DNA of 32,000 nt from Nostoc punctiforme PCC 73102 (lineage in GTDB: Bacteria > Cyanobacteriota > Cyanobacteriia > Cyanobacteriales > Nostocaceae): positions 6,450,001 to 6,482,000 of the forward strand of contig NC_010628.1 of assembly GCF_000020025.1 (NCBI RefSeq), in the 5' to 3' direction. Position numbers and translations under genes: made by a program. This document shows, in pieces, positions 26,657-32,000 of this stretch (position 1 is the first letter of the stretch; every line of letters starts with the position of its first letter). Below the pieces are notes generated by a model. The model did no database searches, was not told where the DNA came from, and was given only the letters and a program-made list of their open reading frames with translations.

Positions 26657-27880
26657 ATGAAAATTAAAAACAACAATTTTCACTTAACTTATTGCAGCAA
26701 TATTCACCCTGGTGAAAGTTGGCTAGAGGTTTTCGCTAATTTAGAAAAGTATATTCCCGAACTCAAATCACGTTTATCGCCTAAAGAACCTTTTGGTATT
26801 GGCTTGAGGTTAGCTAATGTTGCTGCAAAACAACTTTTAGAAAGTAATAACTTAGCTAAATTTCAAACTTGGCTAACTCAACAAGATTTATATGTTTTCA
26901 CCTTAAATGGATTTCCTTATGGTGGATTCCATCGGCAAATTGTAAAAGACCAAGTTTATGCACCAGATTGGTCTACACAAGAACGGGTTAATTATACATT
27001 AAACTTGGCACACATTTTAGCTAGTCTATTACCCCAAGGACTTGATGGCGGAATTTCTACACTACCATTATCCTATAAACCTTGGTGGGTAAAAGACCAA
27101 AGAACTTTCGAGGCTGTTCTGAAAAAGAGTTCTTTGAACATAGCATCAGTTGTTGTAGAAATGATTCGCATCAGCGAGAAAACAGGAAAGATACTCCATA
27201 TTGATTTAGAACCTGAGCCTGATGGTTTAATTGAAAATACCTCAGAAGTAATTGATTTTTATCAAAATTGGTTATTGCCAATTGGCAGTAACTACTTATC
27301 AGAAAAATTAAATATAGAACAGAATTTAGCAGAAACTAAATTGCTAGAACACGTTCGTATTTGCTATGACACATGCCATTTCTCAGTTGAATATGAAGAA
27401 CCACAATCTGTGTTTGCGCGTTTTCAATCAGCAGGAATTAAAATTGGTAAAATTCAAATCAGTGCAGCAATTCAAGTAAAAATACCTGCTGATGTTGAGA
27501 AGCGTAGTTTAATAGTTGAGCGCTTACGCCCTTTTGCAGAATCTACTTATCTCCACCAGGTAATAGAACGTCGCACTGATGGTACACTGCATCACTATCC
27601 TGACTTAATAACTGCACTACCACATTTAGAGCAATCTTTAGCTGAAGAATGGCGGACTCATTTTCATGTCCCAATTTTTATTCATGATTATCAAATTTTG
27701 CAGTCTACCCAAGATGACATCGCTACTGTTTTAAATCTACTTCAGACAAACAATGCTTGCTCACATTTAGAAATTGAAACTTACACTTGGGATGTATTGC
27801 CATCAGAAATGAAGATAGATTTACTAACTTCTATTCAGCGTGAGTATGAGTGGGTATTAAAAGAATTTGCCGCAAATTAA
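26657..27880 (+). CDS. eboE: Xylose-isomerase-like TIM-barrel protein (EboE-like)
   Basis: 407 aa. The size, the position in the cluster, and motifs such as HIDLEPEPDG and ICYDTCHF are consistent with the EboE / sugar-phosphate isomerase-like family. Confidence 0.7.
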   Translation: MKIKNNNFHLTYCSNIHPGESWLEVFANLEKYIPELKSRLSPKEPFGIGLRLANVAAKQLLESNNLAKFQTWLTQQDLYVFTLNGFPYGGFHRQIVKDQVYAPDWSTQERVNYTLNLAHILASLLPQGLDGGISTLPLSYKPWWVKDQRTFEAVLKKSSLNIASVVVEMIRISEKTGKILHIDLEPEPDGLIENTSEVIDFYQNWLLPIGSNYLSEKLNIEQNLAETKLLEHVRICYDTCHFSVEYEEPQSVFARFQSAGIKIGKIQISAAIQVKIPADVEKRSLIVERLRPFAESTYLHQVIERRTDGTLHHYPDLITALPHLEQSLAEEWRTHFHVPIFIHDYQILQSTQDDIATVLNLLQTNNACSHLEIETYTWDVLPSEMKIDLLTSIQREYEWVLKEFAAN

Positions 27881-27895
27881 CAGGAAATTAATTTC

Positions 27896-29269
27896 ATGCA
27901 GAAAACAGTTGTTCTAAATATCGTGGGATTAACGCCCAGTTTACTAGGAGAAAGTACACCGTTTTTATCTTCTTGGGCTACGAAAGGACAGGTAGCGTCA
28001 ATTGGAAAAGTGTTACCTGCTGTGACTTGTTCGGTTCAGGCTACTTATTTAACAGGAAAATTGCCTGATGAACATGGGATTGTCGCTAATGGTTGGTATT
28101 TCCGCGATGAATGTGAAGTGAAGTTTTGGCGACAATCTAATAAGCTAGTACAAGCTCCCAAAGTTTGGGAAATAGCTAAATCAATTGATCCAAATTTCAC
28201 TTGTGCCAACCTTTTTTGGTGGTACAACATGTATTCCTCAGTAGATTATGCGATTACGCCGCGCCCGATGTATCCCGCAGATGGGAGAAAATTACCTGAT
28301 ATTTATACACATCCTAGTGATGTGCGATCGCAAATTCAATCTGATTTAGGAAACTTCCCTCTGTTCGATTTCTGGGGGCCAAAAACTACTATTAGTTCTA
28401 GCCAATGGATTGCCAATTCCGCAAAATGGATTGAGGAACGCTACAGCCCGACATTATCACTAGTTTATCTACCACATTTAGATTACTGTCTGCAAAAATT
28501 TGGTAACAATCAAACACAGATTCAAGCAGATTTGCGAGAAATTGATGCTGTTTGTGGCGATTTAATTGAATATTTTCAAGTACGTAATATTCAGGTAATT
28601 ATTCTTTCTGAGTATGGGATTACGCCAGTTTCTAAAGCTGTGGATTTGAACCGCGTACTACGGGAAAACGGTTTAATTGCTGTGCGGGAAGAATTAGGGC
28701 GAGAACTGCTCGATTTTGGTGCTAGCATTGCCTTTGCTGTTGCCGATCATCAAATTGCTCATGTGTATGTGAACGATCCAGCATACATCCCGAAAGTGCG
28801 ATCGCTTTTAGAAGCGACTGAAGGCGTGGCGCAGGTATTGGATGAAGAGGGTAAACAAGCCTACCATCTCGATCATCCTAGATCGGGAGAGTTGGTGGCG
28901 ATCGCTAAATCTGACGCTTGGTTTACCTATTATTATTGGCTTGATGATGCGAAAGCGCCTGATTTTGCTAGAACTGTAGATATCCACCGCAAACCTGGTT
29001 ACGATCCTGTAGAACTTTTCCTCGATCCGCAAATAAAATTTCCTCAAGGAAAAATTGCTCTCAAGTTACTTAAGAAACAACTGGGTTTTCGCTATTTAAT
29101 GGATGTGATTCCTCTGGATGCTTCCCTGGTGCGTGGCTCTCACGGTAATATCACCACTTCTCCAGATGAAGGGCCTCTATTTATCACCCATCAAACTCAC
29201 CTAATTAACGAACATCAAATTGAAGCGACAGATGTTTGCTCGTTGATTCTCAAACATTTAAATACCTGA
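27896..29269 (+). CDS. eboF: Alkaline-phosphatase superfamily / nucleotide pyrophosphatase-phosphodiesterase-like protein (EboF-like)
   Basis: 457 aa. It has VVLNIVGLTPSLL, LPAVTCSVQATYLTG (the NPP-type nucleophile region) and VRGSHGN. It starts 15 nt after eboE. Confidence 0.8.
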   Translation: MQKTVVLNIVGLTPSLLGESTPFLSSWATKGQVASIGKVLPAVTCSVQATYLTGKLPDEHGIVANGWYFRDECEVKFWRQSNKLVQAPKVWEIAKSIDPNFTCANLFWWYNMYSSVDYAITPRPMYPADGRKLPDIYTHPSDVRSQIQSDLGNFPLFDFWGPKTTISSSQWIANSAKWIEERYSPTLSLVYLPHLDYCLQKFGNNQTQIQADLREIDAVCGDLIEYFQVRNIQVIILSEYGITPVSKAVDLNRVLRENGLIAVREELGRELLDFGASIAFAVADHQIAHVYVNDPAYIPKVRSLLEATEGVAQVLDEEGKQAYHLDHPRSGELVAIAKSDAWFTYYYWLDDAKAPDFARTVDIHRKPGYDPVELFLDPQIKFPQGKIALKLLKKQLGFRYLMDVIPLDASLVRGSHGNITTSPDEGPLFITHQTHLINEHQIEATDVCSLILKHLNT

Positions 29270-29276
29270 AAGGCAG

Positions 29277-29302
29277 TATAGAGGCTGTATATTGCCTCTA
29301 TA
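29277..29302 (+). terminator. Hairpin after eboF (tatagaggc/gcctctata)
   Basis: Perfect 9-bp stem with an 8-nt loop, 8 nt after the eboF stop. It has no clear T-run. Confidence 0.4.
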
Positions 29303-29330
29303 TCCTCCTACAATACAAAAAAATTTATGG

Positions 29331-29387
29331 TAATTCATAATCATATCGAGTATGATTTATATATAAACTCATTATGACTATGAATTA
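29331..29387. promoter_or_regulatory. 20-bp imperfect inverted repeat (17/20) with a 17-bp spacer, about 90-150 bp upstream of the catalase start; candidate operator
   Basis: taattcataatcatatcgag (29331-29350) compared with the reverse complement of ctcattatgactatgaatta (29368-29387), which is taattcatagtcataatgag. The arms contain an inner aatcata/tatgatt dyad and Fur/PerR-box-like ATAAT/ATCAT hexamers. Confidence 0.35.
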
Positions 29388-29477
29388 AATTGTTCTATTC
29401 AGTAGGCAACCGTCAATCTACTGACTAAAATCTACTGTGGCCAATCTGAGTAACTTACATGGAGAGCTTCTTTACGC

Positions 29478-30971
29478 ATGACTGAACCCCAAAACTTGAC
29501 AACTGCTGATGGTATTCCAGTTAGCGATAACCAGAACTCACTCACTGCTGGAGCGCGTGGCCCTGTATTAATCCAGGATTTCCACCTTATAGAAAAGCTG
29601 GCTCATTTCAACAGAGAACGTATTCCTGAAAGAGTTGTTCACGCTAAAGGTGCTGCTGCTCACGGCACTTTGACTATTACCAATGACATTACCCGCTACA
29701 GTAAAGCCAAACTTTTTTCTGAAATTGGCAAGAAAACGGAACTTATCTTGCGTTTTTCTACAGTTGGCGGAGAAAAAGGTTCAGCAGATGCCGAGCGTGA
29801 CCCTAGAGGTTTTTCCCTCAAGTTTTATACTGAGGAGGGTAACTGGGATCTTGTAGGTAACAATACCCCTATTTTCTTCATCCGCGACCCTTTGAAGTTT
29901 CCTGATTTTATCCATACCCAAAAGCGCAATCCGCAAACCAATTGCAAAGACCAGAATGCAAAGTGGGATTTTTGGTCACTCAGTCCAGAATCGCTTCACC
30001 AGGTGACGATCCTCTTTTCAGACCGGGGAATTCCCAAAACCCATCGACACATGGACGGTTTTGGTAGCCACACCTTCAGTTTAATTAATGCCGAGGGCGA
30101 TCGCGTTTGGTGTAAATTTCACTTTAAGACGCTGCAAGGACATCAAACCTTGACAGAGGAAGAATCCGCTAAGATTAAGGGCGAAGATCCCGATCATGCG
30201 ACTCACGATTTGTTTGAAGCGATCGCTAAAAAAGACTATCCTAAGTGGCGGATGTGTATTCAGGTGATGACCGAGGAGCAAGCGGAAAAACATCCTGACA
30301 ATCCTTTTGACTTGACCAAAGTTTGGAAACAAGGCGAATATCCTTTAATTGAAGTCGGGATATTAGAGCTAAATCGTAACCCAGAGAATTATTTTGCCGA
30401 AGTTGAGCAAGCCGCTTTTAGCCCTAGTGCAGTGGTTCCTGGCGTTAGTTTCTCTCCAGACAAAATGCTGCAAGCTCGAATTTTTTCTTACCCAGATGCT
30501 CAACGGTATCGCTTGGGTGGTAACTATCAGCAACTACCCGTTAACCAGCCCAAATGTCCAGTGATGCATTATCAGCGAGATGGCTTTATGGCATCGGGGA
30601 ACAACGGCGGTAGCGTTCCTAACTATGAACCGAATAGTGCTGAGGGTACGCCCAAAGAAAATCCAGCTTATGCAGAACCACCTAGTCATTTGGGCGATGT
30701 CACAGTCGATCGTTACAGTCATCGTGAAGGAAACGACGATTATACTCAAGCAGGTAATTTGTATCGGTTACTAACTCCTGAGCAGCAGGAGCGTCTTGCT
30801 AAAAATATTGTCGGCAGTCTCTCTCAAGCAAGAGAGGACATCCAAATGCGTCAACTTTGCCACTTCTTCCGGGCAGATGTTTCTTATGGTCGTCGTGTAG
30901 CTGAAGGATTGGGCATTGCGATCGATCCTTCAATGTTTTCTCATGATGCTCAACCTGTAGGTAACTGGTAG
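29478..30971 (+). CDS. Monofunctional heme catalase (small-subunit type)
   Basis: 497 aa. It has the distal-His motif [20 protein letters not shown] and the proximal-Tyr motif [14 protein letters not shown], with the typical catalase core throughout. Confidence 0.95.
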   Translation: MTEPQNLTTADGIPVSDNQNSLTAGARGPVLIQDFHLIEKLAHFNRERIPERVVHAKGAAAHGTLTITNDITRYSKAKLFSEIGKKTELILRFSTVGGEKGSADAERDPRGFSLKFYTEEGNWDLVGNNTPIFFIRDPLKFPDFIHTQKRNPQTNCKDQNAKWDFWSLSPESLHQVTILFSDRGIPKTHRHMDGFGSHTFSLINAEGDRVWCKFHFKTLQGHQTLTEEESAKIKGEDPDHATHDLFEAIAKKDYPKWRMCIQVMTEEQAEKHPDNPFDLTKVWKQGEYPLIEVGILELNRNPENYFAEVEQAAFSPSAVVPGVSFSPDKMLQARIFSYPDAQRYRLGGNYQQLPVNQPKCPVMHYQRDGFMASGNNGGSVPNYEPNSAEGTPKENPAYAEPPSHLGDVTVDRYSHREGNDDYTQAGNLYRLLTPEQQERLAKNIVGSLSQAREDIQMRQLCHFFRADVSYGRRVAEGLGIAIDPSMFSHDAQPVGNW

Positions 30972-30987
30972 CCTCGTAGTTTCGTCG

Positions 30988-31015
30988 GGTGTGTTATGCC
31001 GTAGGCTAACGCACC
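30988..31015 (+). repeat. Hairpin after the catalase (ggtgtgtta...taacgcacc)
   Basis: 9-bp stem with one G-U, plus an inner gcc/ggc pairing. It is of a Nostoc dispersed-hairpin type and may act as a transcript 3' end. Confidence 0.4.
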
Positions 31016-31056
31016 GAAAACCTAGATGGTGGGTTACATACTTAAGCTAAATTTAG

Positions 31057-31085
31057 ATCCCCGATTTCTTGAAGAAGTCGGGGAT
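31057..31085. repeat. Dispersed hairpin repeat atccccga-tttcttgaagaag-tcggggat
   Basis: Perfect 8-bp stem. This sequence class (translating as RFLEEVGDL / PDFFKKSGI) is a recurrent non-coding hairpin in Nostocales genomes as I recall. Confidence 0.5.
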
Positions 31086-31103
31086 TTGATAAATGAAAAC
31101 AAA

Positions 31104-31343
31104 CTCGTTAACGGAGATAAAAGACTCATTAATGGAGTTCAAAGGCTCTTTAATGAGTATCAAAGACTCATTAATGGAGTTCAAAGGCTCATTAATGGAG
31201 TTCAAAGGCTCATTAATGGAGTTCAGAGGCTCATTAATGGAGTTCAGAGGCTCATTAATGGAGTTCAGAGGCTCATTAATGGAGTTCAAAGGCTCTTTAA
31301 TGAGTATCAAAGGCTCATTAATGGAGTTCAGAGGCTCATTAAG
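31104..31343. repeat. 21-bp tandem minisatellite, about 11.4 units, three unit variants
   Basis: The unit types are ctcattaatggagttcaaagg (A), ...cagagg (G) and ctctttaatgagtatcaaag(a/g) (B). The order is degenerate-A-B-A-A-G-G-G-A-B-G-partial. Repeat-spanning ORFs appear on both strands, a repeat artefact. Confidence 0.95.
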
Positions 31344-31585
31344 TAGATAAACAAAAAAATTTACAGTTATTACGATCGCACCCTTCGCAAAGCATATCCT
31401 AGAGAAGTAGTTGTAGGGGTTGCGATCGCATTATTTTGCTTCACTGCATTTGCAATGACATTGTGTAATTAATTATCTTGCCTACTTATGAGACTGGGAT
31501 TTGAATCCCAGGCGGGTAATGCAGCCGATGCAGATTACCTAAATTACTGAAACCAATGGGAGACAAAAGCCACCATTCTCTTGAA

Positions 31586-32000
31586 TCAAGACTGATGATT
31601 CCGCCGCAAGTCTTCCAGATTTTCACGAATGGTTATTGTATCGGGATGATTTGTCCCCAAGCATTGTTCAGCGATCGCCAAAGCTTCAATGCACAAAGGT
31701 TGGGCTTCCCTGTAAATTCCCTGTGAATAATAGAGTAATGCCAAATTGTTCAGGCTAGTTGCCACATCGGGGTGTTCATCCCCCAGCAGGCGTTTTCTCA
31801 TGGACAAAGCTTCGATGTACAAAGGTTTGGCTTCGCTGTACCTTCCCTGTGAATCGTAGAGGAGTGCCAAATTGTTCAGGCTACTTGCCACATCTGGGTG
31901 TTCATCCCCCAGCAGGCGTTTTCTCATCGACAAAGCTTCGATGTACAAAGGTTCGGCTTCGCTGTACCTTCCCTGTAAATAGTAGAGGAGTGCCAAATTG
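31586..32000 (-). CDS. TPR-repeat protein (kinesin-light-chain-like 42-aa TPR units), C-terminal part only; the gene continues past the right edge
   Basis: It has repeating LLGDEHPDVA(S/T)SLNNLALLY.SQGRYSEA.PLYIEALSMRKR units. The frame is still open at position 32000. Confidence 0.85.
   Translation of the reverse strand, partial: NLALLYYLQGRYSEAEPLYIEALSMRKRLLGDEHPDVASSLNNLALLYDSQGRYSEAKPLYIEALSMRKRLLGDEHPDVATSLNNLALLYYSQGIYREAQPLCIEALAIAEQCLGTNHPDTITIRENLEDLRRNHQS

Noticed and set aside
31104-31343. The possibility that the direct-repeat array is a CRISPR
   Set aside because: The units abut with no unique spacers, the 21-bp period is too short, and no cas genes are in the window.
31026-31350. 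Three ORFs (85-106 aa, both strands) across the 21-bp repeat, e.g. (LINGVQR)n
   Set aside because: Reading frames on both strands stay open only because the 21-bp unit lacks stops. The putative N-terminus is a known-type non-coding hairpin repeat (RFLEEVGDL). I treat the region as non-coding.
31494-31550. A tRNA-like T-arm (ctgggatttgaatcccag) suggesting a tRNA gene or an att-site remnant
   Set aside because: The loop length is non-canonical. The upstream sequence is AT-rich with no D or anticodon arms and no acceptor pairing. Together with the adjacent ggtaat...attacc hairpin, it is better explained as 3'-end structure of the minus-strand TPR gene.

Overview
The window looks like chromosomal DNA from a filamentous, Nostoc/Anabaena-like cyanobacterium. 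This is an inference from four things: the HIP1 palindrome GCGATCGC (about 34 copies counted by eye), heptamer-based intergenic hairpins, many Uma2/DUF820 paralogs, and a cyanobacterial-type hfq. Housekeeping genes recognised with confidence are psaC, glmS, prmA-serA, ada-alkA, dapF, hfq and a heme catalase. Four accessory patches sit between them. (1) 4.4-8.0 kb is a visibly AT-rich insert between glmS and prmA. It carries an AIPR/Mrr-like abortive-infection-type gene convergent with an orphan DUF4157-leader protein whose C-terminus has a Cys-His-Asp layout. (2) 11.3-15.7 kb holds two convergent Uma2 nuclease-fold paralogs with 21-bp coding tandem repeats. They bracket a 7TM-PAS-GGDEF cyclase and an unusual methyltransferase-HIT fusion in which the HIT nucleophile His is replaced by Ser. 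(3) 15.8-17.5 kb has an intact IS630-family element with a TA target duplication. It interrupts a small STAND/NACHT-like ORF that is restored in frame by in-silico excision. (4) 21.9-29.3 kb is a complete six-gene ebo-type cluster, with eboD divergent from eboA-B-C-E-F and no scytonemin genes nearby. The biochemical product of ebo clusters is, to my knowledge, still unknown. A 21-bp, roughly 11-copy non-coding minisatellite and a partial TPR gene close the window. My best candidates for an undescribed system are the Uma2 + methyltransferase-HIT(Ser) module and the ebo cluster. I found no CRISPR array, rRNA or convincing tRNA. All homology calls rest on motif recognition from memory, not on searches.
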